DNA of 55,360 nucleotides from a virus. Taxonomy: Duplodnaviria; Caudoviricetes. This document shows positions 1-11,400 of this stretch, in pieces. Every line of letters starts with the position of its first letter. Position 1 is the stretch's first letter. The notes beneath the pieces were generated by a model. It was not told where the DNA came from. It searched no databases and was given only the letters and a program-made list of their open reading frames with translations. The stretch lies in the IMG/VR virus record IMGVR_UViG_3300020044_002247, positions 1-55,360 of that record. One strand, 5' to 3'. Both the position numbers and the translations under genes were made by a program.

Positions 1-1
1 T

Positions 2-418
2 ATTATATTCGCGCTATTTAGAAGCACTATTGATACCATCCATACATACTTAACAAAAAAGAACATAGCTACTGAGTGCATACATGGTGACATACCGCCA
101 AGCAAACGCGCAGATACAATCAGACGCTTTCAGAATGAAGCAGACCCACGTGTACTAGTTATGCAACCACAAGCATCTGCGCATGGAATCACGTTGACTG
201 CTGCTGATACTGTTGTCTTTTATGGACCATTGATGTCTGTTGAGCAATACATTCAGTGTATCGCACGTGCTGATCGTAAAGGTCAGGACTCAGACAAGGT
301 AACAGTTATCCACATACAAGGCAGTCCAATTGAGAAGAAGCGCTTTAAAGACTTGGAAAATAAAGTTGACGATAATACATCGCTAACTAACCTTTTCATG
401 GCTGAAATAAAATCTTAA
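2..418 (+). CDS. SF2 (SNF2-like) helicase, C-terminal domain, 5'-truncated by the window
   Basis: Frame is open from base 2 (IIFALFR...IHGD...RRFQ...). Helicase-C motifs AHGITLTAA and QCIARADRKGQ are present. Confidence 0.85.
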   Translation: MIFALFRSTIDTIHTYLTKKNIATECIHGDIPPSKRADTIRRFQNEADPRVLVMQPQASAHGITLTAADTVVFYGPLMSVEQYIQCIARADRKGQDSDKVTVIHIQGSPIEKKRFKDLENKVDDNTSLTNLFMAEIKS

Positions 419-426
419 AAAACTTA

Positions 427-454
427 TTGCATTTATTTTTGTTGTCTGTAAAAT
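427..454 (+). promoter_or_regulatory. Putative sigma70 promoter for the replication/middle genes
   Basis: TTGCAT-N16-TAAAAT in the AT-rich gap upstream of ORF 491. Confidence 0.5.
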
Positions 455-469
455 GTCTAACTGTAGACA
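454..469. promoter_or_regulatory. 16-bp palindromic operator candidate (family A)
   Basis: TGTCTA-ACTG-TAGACA, similar to TGTCAA-ACGT-TAGACA at 51845-51860. Confidence 0.6.
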
Positions 470-490
470 AAATAATATAAGGAGAAGCAA

Positions 491-895
491 ATGGCTGATG
501 ATGTTATTCCGCTTGATAAGTTGACTAAAATTTATCGCAAGATCAAATTAGAAATCGATACGCTCACGCAAGAATACGATACAAAAATCGAATTACTTAA
601 AGCACAGCAAGATCAAGTTAAGTTTGCATTGAAAGACCAAATGAAGGCAGTAGGTGTTAAGTCTGTTAATACTGCCTTTGGTACTGTGTCTATGATTAGT
701 AAGACACGGTATAGCACAGAAGATTGGGATTCATTCAAGAAGTTTATTGTCGAGAATGATGTTGTTGATCTTCTGGAGAAGCGCATCGCCCAAACAAACA
801 TGGCGCGATGGTTGGAAGAAAATCCGGGCAAGGTTCCTCCGGGGCTGAACTCATTTTCTGATTTTGAAATACGCGTAACTAAACCTACTAAGTGA
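491..895 (+). CDS. Conserved phage replication-module protein with N-terminal coiled coil
   Basis: 134-aa ORF with strong RBS AAGGAG, located between the helicase and SSB-like genes. Confidence 0.8.
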   Translation: MADDVIPLDKLTKIYRKIKLEIDTLTQEYDTKIELLKAQQDQVKFALKDQMKAVGVKSVNTAFGTVSMISKTRYSTEDWDSFKKFIVENDVVDLLEKRIAQTNMARWLEENPGKVPPGLNSFSDFEIRVTKPTK

Positions 896-902
896 GACTA
901 CT

Positions 903-1814
903 ATGAGCAATATAATGGCATTCAATCCATCGCAAGTTCCTGACTTCGCACGTAACAACCAACTCTCTGATACAGCGCTTGCATTAACTGGTGGTGGTAC
1001 AGGTGGTGGCATCAAACGCATCTCCATCAAAGGCGGTGTGTTCCGTTTGATCGCAAGCGGTAAAGAGATGGCTGCAATCGATGAGCGTTTCTTAGACGTT
1101 ATCATTGTTAAAGCTGCACCGAAAGTTAGCCGTATTTTTTACGCAGGTAAGTGGGACCCAACCGCAGCAGCGGCAGCTCCTGATTGCTGGTCGAACGACG
1201 GTGAAACACCTGATGCAACTGCAAGCAACAAGCAAGCAGCAACATGTATCAACTGCCCACAGAATCAAGCGGGTTCAGGTCAAGGTAACAGCCGTGCTTG
1301 CCGTTACAACCAACGTCTTGCTGTTGTGTTGGCTAATGATCCTGATGGTGATGTACTGCAGTTAACACTACCTGCTACATCCGTGTTCGGTAAAGAAGAT
1401 GGTGACAAGCGCCCACTGCAAGCATACGCTCGCTTCTTGGCACTACAGTCTCCACCAATCAATCCAGAACAGATCGTTACTCGTATGCGTTTCGATACCG
1501 CTTCTGAATCACCTAAGCTGTTCTTCCAACCTATGCGTTGGTTGACTGATGTTGAGTACCAATCAATAACAGAGCAAGCTAACTCCTCTGATGCGCAACG
1601 TGCAGTCGTCATGACTGTAGCGCAGGGTGACGGTGTTAAACCTGCTGTACCTATTGCACTGCCACCTAAAGCTGAAGCTCCTGCTAAGAAAGCTAAAGCA
1701 CCAGTCGATGCTGACGAAGAGCCAGAAGTTCGCAAAGAAGCAGCTAAACCTTCTGCTGTGCCTGAGAAGAAAAGCAAACTAGCGGACATCGTTTCTGATT
1801 GGGACGACGAGTAA
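903..1814 (+). CDS. Putative single-stranded DNA-binding protein
   Basis: 303 aa; four Cys (C...CxxC...C); Pro/Ala/Lys-rich linker; acidic-aromatic tail SDWDDE; replication context. Confidence 0.55.
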   Translation: MSNIMAFNPSQVPDFARNNQLSDTALALTGGGTGGGIKRISIKGGVFRLIASGKEMAAIDERFLDVIIVKAAPKVSRIFYAGKWDPTAAAAAPDCWSNDGETPDATASNKQAATCINCPQNQAGSGQGNSRACRYNQRLAVVLANDPDGDVLQLTLPATSVFGKEDGDKRPLQAYARFLALQSPPINPEQIVTRMRFDTASESPKLFFQPMRWLTDVEYQSITEQANSSDAQRAVVMTVAQGDGVKPAVPIALPPKAEAPAKKAKAPVDADEEPEVRKEAAKPSAVPEKKSKLADIVSDWDDE

Positions 1815-1927
1815 TTTAAGAATAGCCCAGCGGGGGGTGGCGCATGTAACACCCGCAGTGGGGGGCACGGCCTTTCGGTATTTGTTTTTTCACCGTGCTG
1901 ACCCCACACCCTTAACTAAAGATAACT

Positions 1928-2206
1928 ATGGCCTACTCACAAAAAACGATTGACAGGATCAGGTACGGTAAGAAAACACCGGGCAACCAGCTCGGTCGTT
2001 GGGCAATCCATCTTGAATTTCCTGTTACTAAAATTGCGTACGCATTAGGTGTTACGCGACAAACGGTTTACAACTGGTTCGAAGGTAAGGATGTATTCAT
2101 TGCTTATCAGAATCGGGTTGACTTACTTTTAGAAATTTTTAAAACATCAAACAACGCCGATGAGGCATGGAGAAGAATATGCAAAACATACGACCTGAAT
2201 CCCTAA
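1928..2206 (+). CDS. Cro/XRE-like helix-turn-helix regulator
   Basis: VTKIAYALGVTRQTVYNWF is a typical HTH motif. Confidence 0.8.
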   Translation: MAYSQKTIDRIRYGKKTPGNQLGRWAIHLEFPVTKIAYALGVTRQTVYNWFEGKDVFIAYQNRVDLLLEIFKTSNNADEAWRRICKTYDLNP

Positions 2207-2352
2207 CTAACTCCGAATTGGAGCGCATGGTTTACATCAATGATGGCAAGTTACCGCCACACTGGACAGCAGAACTAATGAAACGTTTTGCATCATTAGA
2301 CGTTAAAGAAGCTCACACACCTGATCCAAAACAATTGCCGCTGTTCGACTAA
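2167..2352 (+). CDS. Small hypothetical protein ending in a clamp-binding-like motif (start may be 2179)
   Basis: Fills the operon gap; C-terminus QLPLFD. Confidence 0.6.
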   Translation: MEKNMQNIRPESLTNSELERMVYINDGKLPPHWTAELMKRFASLDVKEAHTPDPKQLPLFD

Positions 2353-2370
2353 AACAACTAAAGGATTCAC

Positions 2371-5262
2371 ATGACCCCGCTTGAATTCCTAGCGGTTGTT
2401 TTGCCGTCCCCGAATCATGGGCTGTATTGCACATGTGAGATGACGGCTAAGAAAGAACACATCTTTGTTCAGGATACAGCCGAGTTTTATCCAAAGATTG
2501 ATACGTGGGTGGAGAACAGATGTAACGTTTATTTTGCATTGGCTACGTTCGACGAGAAGGTTGCGGAGATCAAAGGCAATAAGGATAGGCGCACGATTCC
2601 GAACTCACGCTATATCAAATCTTTATTCATTGATATGGATGGCTATGCTTCCAAGAAAGAAGCGGCTTCTGCATTGAATCGTTTCTTGATGGAGACAGGG
2701 CTTGATCTACTTGGCTTGCCGTGGATTGTTTCATCGGGTGGTGGCATTCATTGTTACTGGCCGTTTGAAAAAGAAATCGAGGTTGCTCAGTGGAAACCTA
2801 TTGCTGAAAATTTTAAACGTCTGTGTGTTCAGCAGAAGTTAAGAATTGATATGACCGTGACGGCTGACTCGGCACGGATACTGCGTGTTCCTGAAACGTT
2901 TAACTTCAAGGACAAGTATCCTGAGCCGCGTCAGGTGCGCATACTGTCTGAAGGCGACATATTTAATTTTGATGATTTAGGTTCGCACATCACGAGCCAA
3001 CTCAAAACTATACCTGCCGTCTCAATGATGCCTACGTTTCAGCTTGAGGGTACACGCCCAACAGCAGCGCCGTCAGCCACAGCAGTTAAGTTGTTCGAGA
3101 ATAGTGTTACCAAGTTCCGCACTATCGTTGAGAAATCAAGGAAGGGTGTAGGCTGCGGGCAGATCATGCACTACATGGAGCATGCCGCTGAAGATGGTAT
3201 GGAGCCGTTGTGGCGTGGTGTTCTGTCGATTGCTCAGAAGTGTGAAGAGCATGAGCAAGCAGTGATTTGGATTTCAGATATGCACCCCTACGATCACGAC
3301 CGTATGCACACCAAGCTACGTGAGATCAAAGGTCCGTATCCGTGCACGAAGTTCGACAGCGAAAATCCGGGCATCTGCACATCATGTCCACACTGGGGGA
3401 AGATTACTAATCCGTTGGCGCTTGGTCGTGAGTATGCGGTTGAGGTTGCGGAGAAAGTAATTGATGTCGGTGTTGAAGAGATGGCACGTCAGATACTTCG
3501 TCCTGAACCGCCACGTGGTTATGCGTATGGTCGTAACGGTGGTGTGTTCATGGAGAAGAATGACGAGGACGCTGAAGGCAACAAGGTTGTGCGCCAAGTA
3601 CCACTGCTTGCATACGACTTGTTTCCTGTGGACATACTGAACATGAATGGCGAACACTTGGTACACATGTCTGTTGTTCGTCACAATCAAGTTGAGACTG
3701 TTACGATTCCGCAGAAGTCCATCGTAAGCAAAGATGAAACAGCAAAGCATCTAGCTAATCAAAACGTGTTGGCTGCGTTTGGTTCAGGCAATGACAAGAA
3801 CTTGTACGACTACGTTCGTGCATGTGTCGAAAAGATGAGCACTGAGAGAATACCAATCATTGTTCCATCTAGTTATGGTTGGCAGGAAGATGAGACGTTT
3901 GTATTTGCGGGCAAGATATATTCTAAGAAAGGCTCAATTGCTGTACCGATGCCGGGCTTAGAGAACATCGCTGCTAATACTGTACCGACAGGAAGCATTG
4001 ACGCATGGCGGGCATTTATACACTTGCTTATTAAGAAAAAGATGTGGAAACATTTGGCTGTCTTTTTAGCAGGTGCAGGGTCAGCGTTAATGAAGTTCAC
4101 AGGTATATACGGCATCATTTACCACTGCGCTTCAACTGCATCTGGTACAGGTAAATCATTAGCGTTGGAAGCGGCTGCATCAATTTGGGGTCATCCTGTT
4201 CATTACCGCACAGGTAAGGGCACGTCACCAGTAGCGATGCAACAACGTCTGGGTTTATTAAACAGCATTTCGTTAATCACTGATGAGATCACATCGAAGA
4301 ACCGCAAAGACTTCTCTTGGTTTCCTGAGTTCTTATTAGATGTAACTGAAGCACGTGGTAAAGAGCGTATGGATTCAGGCTCTAACAAAGAACGCTTGAA
4401 CTTATCGACATGGGCAACTAACTGCCTTATGTCATCCAACACATACACTGTTGACTTCTTAACTGGAGCGCAGGAATTCTCAGCCGAAGGTGAGATGCGA
4501 CGTTTGCTTGAGTTCGCAATGAATGATGTTTTGAAATGGGAACCAGATGAGATTGAGATCATTAAGACGCTACACAGCAACTATGCCATCGCTGGTCACA
4601 TGTTTGTGGAGTATATGGTTAAAGATGTTCCGTCGTTGAAAAGCATGGTTAAGGAATATATACAACAGATGAGTGCTCAGCTAAAGATAACTAATGACGA
4701 ACGTTTCTGGTCAGCAGGTATTGGTGCAAACGTTGCAGCCGCTGTGTTGTTCTCGAACAAGCATGCAGGGATTGTTGACGTACCACTAGAGCCTGTGTTG
4801 GAAGCATACTCAGATGCAATTACGTATATGCGCACATCAATCAAAGCGGGTGCACGTACGGCTGAGGACGTTCTAAATGGGTATACGAGCAAGTACTATG
4901 GCAGCCTAATCATCGTTAAGTTCCACGACAAGAACAGCGTGTTGGCTGAACTTGGTAACGGAGAAGCTATCGATGCGTCAACTACGCGCTCGAATGTCAT
5001 GGGCAGGATTGAGCATGGTGTGACTCCGGGATACATTGACTACTACCTTGAGGAGCGTTTGCTGAAAGCATACTGTGCAACCATGAGCTTTGGTTATGCA
5101 GACTTCAGACGACAGCTTGAGGGAATGTTTAGTGTGACGCACATGCCTAAGAAAGACATGATGGCTAAAACCAGAGGGCCGCAGATGCGTGTATCGGTGT
5201 TACGTATCAGCCGCAGAGAAGATGAAGAAGCTCTCAGTCAGCTATCCTTGGGCATCGACTAA
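2371..5262 (+). CDS. Primase-helicase: RepB/AEP-type primase, DUF927-like region and P-loop helicase
   Basis: FIDMD, SSGGGIHCYW and RILRVP primase motifs; Cys cluster CTKF...CTSC; Walker A ASGTGKS; Walker B LITDE. Confidence 0.85.
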   Translation: MTPLEFLAVVLPSPNHGLYCTCEMTAKKEHIFVQDTAEFYPKIDTWVENRCNVYFALATFDEKVAEIKGNKDRRTIPNSRYIKSLFIDMDGYASKKEAASALNRFLMETGLDLLGLPWIVSSGGGIHCYWPFEKEIEVAQWKPIAENFKRLCVQQKLRIDMTVTADSARILRVPETFNFKDKYPEPRQVRILSEGDIFNFDDLGSHITSQLKTIPAVSMMPTFQLEGTRPTAAPSATAVKLFENSVTKFRTIVEKSRKGVGCGQIMHYMEHAAEDGMEPLWRGVLSIAQKCEEHEQAVIWISDMHPYDHDRMHTKLREIKGPYPCTKFDSENPGICTSCPHWGKITNPLALGREYAVEVAEKVIDVGVEEMARQILRPEPPRGYAYGRNGGVFMEKNDEDAEGNKVVRQVPLLAYDLFPVDILNMNGEHLVHMSVVRHNQVETVTIPQKSIVSKDETAKHLANQNVLAAFGSGNDKNLYDYVRACVEKMSTERIPIIVPSSYGWQEDETFVFAGKIYSKKGSIAVPMPGLENIAANTVPTGSIDAWRAFIHLLIKKKMWKHLAVFLAGAGSALMKFTGIYGIIYHCASTASGTGKSLALEAAASIWGHPVHYRTGKGTSPVAMQQRLGLLNSISLITDEITSKNRKDFSWFPEFLLDVTEARGKERMDSGSNKERLNLSTWATNCLMSSNTYTVDFLTGAQEFSAEGEMRRLLEFAMNDVLKWEPDEIEIIKTLHSNYAIAGHMFVEYMVKDVPSLKSMVKEYIQQMSAQLKITNDERFWSAGIGANVAAAVLFSNKHAGIVDVPLEPVLEAYSDAITYMRTSIKAGARTAEDVLNGYTSKYYGSLIIVKFHDKNSVLAELGNGEAIDASTTRSNVMGRIEHGVTPGYIDYYLEERLLKAYCATMSFGYADFRRQLEGMFSVTHMPKKDMMAKTRGPQMRVSVLRISRREDEEALSQLSLGID

Positions 5263-5410
5263 ACAGGGGCAGGGGTTTTTCATCCCCTGCCTTGATGTTT
5301 ATGCGGTTAAAGAAGAAGGTCTACAAGAGGCGCTTCGGCATCGGGTACTTAATGCCAAAGCGCAAGTAGGTGTTAAGGCTGGTTTAGTTGGCGTCTGGTT
5401 CTTTCGGTAG
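5222..5410 (+). CDS. Small hypothetical protein, possibly DNA-binding
   Basis: MKKLSVSYPW...GQGFFIP...GVWFFR; overlaps the primase end and converges on the giant gene. Confidence 0.55.
   Translation: MKKLSVSYPWASTKQGQGFFIPCLDVYAVKEEGLQEALRHRVLNAKAQVGVKAGLVGVWFFR
5268..5291 (-). terminator. GC-rich hairpin at the convergence point, possible terminator of the late transcript
   Basis: GGCAGGGG-N8-CCCCTGCC; only a weak U-tract on the - strand. Confidence 0.3.
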
Positions 5411-8400
5411 CATCCAAGAACGCATTAGCGAAAGTGTTTTGCGCTGTGTCTATACGTTTTAACACTTCGTCTTTTTGTTCTTGCGACATCTGAGAACGCA
5501 TTACGTTACGACGTATTGTTGCAAACTCACCCAAACGTTGTTGCGCACCACCAGCAATAGAACCTAGCGCGATGTCACCACGTATTCTATCCATCAACTT
5601 CTCAGCACCTTCTGTGTTACCTGATGCCATCATTTCTTTAAACGTGCCCTTAGCTTGTTGGATGTCCAACATCGTAGCGTAGGCTGCATCTAACGTGCCG
5701 CGTCCTTCATCAGGTTGGAACAAACCACCAACGAAAGGCAACTGACTTGTCTTAGTGGTTGGGCGTTCCTTCTCCGCACCTGTGCGGAGGATAGGGTTCA
5801 CCATAGAAACCAGAGCAACACCTAATGGTCCTGTGTAGCCACGTATTAAATGATCTAACTTGATCGGTGTTAAACCTGCATCACCCGTCACGCTACCTAC
5901 CAACTTGGATACTTCAGTCGTACCATCACGATAGCGTTCGGTTGGCAACAATGTTTTCTGTTCACGTTGTGATTCAATATCGCCACCGTAGAACGATTTG
6001 CCTAAGTACACCTCAGTCAACGGCTTAACTGCTTGTGGCAACGAGAGTGGGTTGGACAACGCTAACAGCTTGCCCATACCTTTAGTGATGTCCTCATTAC
6101 GCTTATCTTCAGCCGATGCGTTCATCACTGCTTCAGGTAAAGACTTGAACAAGTACCCCAATTCAAACGGCACAGGTATGCGCATCAACTCATCGCTAAA
6201 CGGATTAGGCACGAACCAGTTACCCAGACGTTCTTCAGGTTTGGCACGTTTGTATCTATCGTCGTCACCCATAGCCGCAGCGTAAGCCATTGTGCATACC
6301 GCCATCAACATACCGCGAGCCAGTAGCTTTCTTTGTATATCTAACTTCTCGCTGTAAGGCATATCGCCTTTAATTGCACGGTACAGAACATCAAGACCTT
6401 GAATCTGTGCATTGAAGAAAGGGATGATAGTAGAAAGCATCTGTATCGATGGCGACAAACCACGGCGACCAAAGTTCATGGACTCAAGCGTACGCAACAA
6501 CGCTTGTTGCTCAGTCATGCCTTTGTTTAGTGAGTCTTTGTAAACGACTGCACGTGTGGCTGCGTCACCTTGCATAGCAAACGCATCGAGCTGCGCCATG
6601 ATCTTAGCCCAACCTGCTTTGCCGGATGTGATCTTGCGTAGGGCTGCTGCCATGTCTTGCTCGTCACCAGTTAGTACGTTACTGGAGATTGCGCCTGAAG
6701 CCATCAACTGACGCTCTACTTCGCTGCGTCCGGCCACCATACTAGAAAGTTCTTTAAACGCATTGAGTACTGGTATGCCATCTGTGCCTGTTGTCATCCA
6801 TGCAGTCAACGGATCACGGATAGCCTGTTTAACTGCATACGCAGGGTTACGTGTAACAAACTGACGTAAGATGTTTGCAGGTATGCCAAGCATCTTCATG
6901 AACGCAGGTATGCTTGTCTTGATACCTTCCATGCCTTTGACGATTAAGTCAGCAGGTATGCCATACAAATCTTTATCAATGACAACGTGATACTGCTCAC
7001 CCTTCTTAAAGAAGCGTACGGTATCAGGACCATCAGGACCCATGCCTTCATTCAAGCGGGTAGCAATACCTACCTTCATTAATGTGAATGCGCTTTCTTT
7101 AATGCTTTGGTTGCGCAAACCCATTTGGGTAATCATGAATGTGTTTTGTATAGCACTGGTAAAGATAGGTTGTATCTGTCTTGCATCGCCAACAAGAGCG
7201 TGTAGTTCGGGCTGGTCACGTAAGTTACCAATACGTATCGGTGTCTCACCAGATACGACTAGCTCAACCACGTCTTTGTCCACACGGTAGTAAGGCACGT
7301 ATGGGATTGACTTTAAACGTGCAGCTTGCTCTGGCTTCATTGCGCCTGTCTGTACCAAGAAGTCCAACAGTCCTGCGTTGTACTGGCGGTAGATGTCCAT
7401 AGCTTTGTCGAACATCGCCTTGTCATCAGGACGGTTTTTCAACGTAGCCACGATGCTGTTGTACTCTGCTTCAGCAGCTTTAGGGTTAGCTACGTTTAGC
7501 GTATCCCAGCCCAACACTTTCGCACGTTCGCCTGCAACCAAAGCCGTTAACATGGCTTCTTTCTCGGTGTCGTTACCAATCTTAGATGGTGCAATAGCAT
7601 CGGCTATCTGCAACATATTGGCACCCGGTGTGCTCTTGTAGATACGCTCCACCCCATTTGGGGTTTTTGTTTCCACCACTTGAACAGGACCATTCGACAA
7701 GAACTGTGTAGCGTACTGGCTGCGGTTCTGACCAAAGCGTAAAAAGTACTCAGCGTTCTGTGCTTCCAAGTCACTGATCTTAGCGTCGCTCAAACCTTCT
7801 TTAAAAGCAGCAGACAACGCAGCGTCTTTATCTACGAACTGCACACGACCTGTTAGCCCTGTCACGTTACCAATTAACGTGTCTTTAAATGCAGGCTTCT
7901 GCGCTACAAACGATTGAGCAACAACAGACGGTTGTGTCTGCGCACGGAAACCAAACGCACCTTTAGCTTTTTCAAACACACCAACAGAATCATCCGACCG
8001 CGCATAGCGTGGGACTTCGGGTTCTATTGTTACGGCTTCGGTAAACTCCGCATCCCTAACAGCGTTAGGCGCGTCTATTGTACCTTCTCGTAAAAATCTA
8101 AACTCGTGTGTAAGTGGTTGATAGCCATTTAACTTTTCAAACGCTTTTTCTATTTTAGTGGCAACCGCTAACTTATCTTCATAAGTTTTTTGATCTCTTA
8201 AAAGAATAACCAAAGGACGATCAAACAAGGATGAGAAATAAAAACTTCTTTCATTATTTTCATTAAGGCTTGTAGGCATGGTGGCTACCACTTGCTCTCT
8301 AAGAGTTTTAGGGTTTATGCCCACCGCTTCCGCTAGTGCATGCGTATATTCTGCATATGCCATTCTTACTTGTGGTGGTAAGTTTGCGGTGCCTGTTTCG

Positions 8401-11400
8401 TCGTTATCTGCTAATACAAAAGCTTTACCAGTTACATCTTCAATACCTTTAGAATCTTTGTATATTTTTTTAAAGTTTCTTATTGCATCAGTAGTCATTA
8501 GATAGTCTACTGTATACGAATCCATTTCTTCCACATTTGCAGTAACTGCTTCTGGCGCAGTTAAATACAAAGCGCCGGTAATCCCGTTTAATACAATATT
8601 TTCTAATTTTACTTTTCCGTTAATAGTGGCCCTTGCATCCCCGCCTCCCGCAGCTCCCAAATTATTAACGACTGCGCCATCTGCCAAGTTAATTTCGGTG
8701 TTGTCTCTTAGCTTTAACGTACCAATCTTTTTTATTTTTGGTAAATTTACTATGGTGCTTGCGCGCACATCCAATGCATTAACGTATTCTAAGTTAACAA
8801 ATTTAGGAGCTGATAATTTATCCACGTCAATCTCAGTTATAGCGCGTACATCTTCATACGGTATTTCGTGAAGATTAGTTGGATTTCCGTCAGCATCAAG
8901 CTCGTCACTAAAAGCGTATGTTAGTACTTTCTTATCTCCGGTATCAATACCCATGCTGCCAAGTAAATAACCTTGCTTTGCTGCATTCTTAAAACTTTTG
9001 TTAAGTTTTTCAGCTACCAAATCTTTTGTTTCTTCAGACGGACGTACACGATAGTGCCCGTAAATAGGACCAAAATCTAATATAGATTCTGCAAGGTCCC
9101 TATCGCTGCCGTATGTTTTTTTAGCCCTAAACTGAAAAAGTTCTTCCGGCGTAAAATCACGGTCATTAGATATAACTTCTTTTAAAATTTGCTTGTTAGC
9201 AAATGCGTTTGTAAATTGAGACGAGTTACTAAAATTCTTTTCATTTAAAAAAGCAGTGGCAATTTTTATTTGTTCAGACGTTAGTCCTTGATCTTTCGTG
9301 TTTCCACGAACTTCGCCTATCTTACTGTCGCCAAACATACGCACAGCAACTTCTGGTCTGCCGCTGTCATAGTAAATATAAAAATCGCCTTCTTTAATTT
9401 GATTAGTAGCATGCCCCATTGATGCGCCAGTACACCACGTTGTGCCTGCAGCACCTGCGTTTAATGCAACAGCAGCCTCATACTCGTCTGACTGATTAAA
9501 CTTTTGCCAACCTTGTTTACGTTTGTTTTCTTTTGCAGCAACGTCAGCATTCTTTTGCAAACCGTCAAGGAAAGCCTGCTTTAAACTTTTACCTGCACGT
9601 AACTCTTCAATGACAGCATTAGCAGACGCGTGTCCAACAACCGCAACAGAATGACGGTTGTTGTCGTCAAGGTTAACTAATTTTAAACGTCCGTCTTTAC
9701 TTGAAATAACGCTGTACTGCGCAGCAGCTTTAGCCACCAACGCTTGTTCGGCAAGCGTGTAATCAGGATTAGATTGCAAATACGTAACTAACGCTTCAAA
9801 GTCTTTGAGGCGTTCTTCGTTTACTTGCTTCGCTTCTTTACGACGTAACTCAGGGTCTTTCAATGCTTCTGCCGCAACCATGTTTGTTACGTCACCAGTA
9901 ATGTAGTGTACTGGATCATCCCGATCAAAAATTCTACCGTCAGGCATTGTTGCATCACGTTTATAATCTAACGTGCTTTTTTCTTCGAAGCCTTTAAGTC
10001 GCTGCTCTTCCGTATTTATGTCGGCTGCTAACTTAAAATCACGAAGAAAGAAATCGCGCTTAAGATCAAAAGGTTTAGTTATAACAACTTGTTTAAGATA
10101 CTTCTCGGGCGTAAACTGCATATTAAACAGTACGTCCATAGCAATACGATCCACATCTTCTGGTTTACGATCTGCTTGTTTAATCAATGGACCAAACTGT
10201 TCAGCAAACTGGCGCATGGAGTTACTGCCCGTATGCAACGCTGCAATGTCTTTAGCGGAATACCTACGATTAGCAGGGACTTCTTTAGGTGCGCCTGAAC
10301 GTTGAACACTGCTTGGGATCATCAAAGCATCAACAGCTTTGATCGATGCGCCTAACATGGTGTCTACATTCTTAACACCCAACATTCTTAATATTGAGCT
10401 TACAAAACCGCGCAGTGCATCAGACACACGCCAAGGCTTATTACGTAACTGCTCTTGTAAGTTACGGTTGGACAGCACTTCAGCAGCAAACTCGGACAGG
10501 CTACCTTTAGCGTTGGTGCTAGTGATACGTGGGTCACGTTTGATTGCGTTGTGTAATGCGCGCAGTTCTTTAAACGCAGCCTGCTGCCCCGGCAATAGCT
10601 TGGTTATATCTTCTTCGCCCAACTGAATGACACGCTCAACAGCAGCGTGTGTACCTTCATGCAACAACACTTCCTGAGACAGACCGCCTTTGCGGCTCAA
10701 CATAATGCGTGTGCTAATTGCTTCGCCCAAGACTTCTTTACCTTCGTTGTCAAACAGCACGTCTTTTATTTCAACACGTGTGTTATCCAACATGTCGGCT
10801 AACGCTTTAGCTACGGCACGGTTTAGATCGCTTGTATTAGGATCGTTGTGGATGTCGTTCAATACATCCGTTAGCTTACCTTCTTCTAACTTAGCAACTT
10901 GGTCTTTAGTTAAGTCAGGGCTTTCAACTTCCACACCACGTGCGTACTTACCTTCCTCTTCCCTTGCTCGTGCTTCAGCTACGTCTGCTGCAGCTTTGGT
11001 CATGGCTGCTGCCATCGCGGTCGATGGTTTCTTAGCGGCACGTTTGCCCATCTCAACCAGCTCTTGCTTGCGTTCGTACTCACGCGTGTTGCCTGTTTCT
11101 TCGTCAAGCATTTCTTCTTCAAACGCAGCTTGATTTTTTGCAGACTGAGCGCGGCTCTCTGTTGAACCCGTTGGGAATTTTTTGAGTACGTTAATTTCGC
11201 GTGTGACTTGTTTGGTGCGTAGGCTCTTAACCGTTTGCTTACCGTACTTACTTTGCTGTGCTGCAGTCGCAGCGTACTCAGCTTGCGCTTCTTGCACGGC
11301 CTCTTCAAAGTCAGGAGACTCTCTACCCTTCTCGATAGCGCGGGCTTTGATTTTCTCAGCAGTTTCTTTTTCAAGTGTTCTAAAAACAGCGTAGGCTTCG

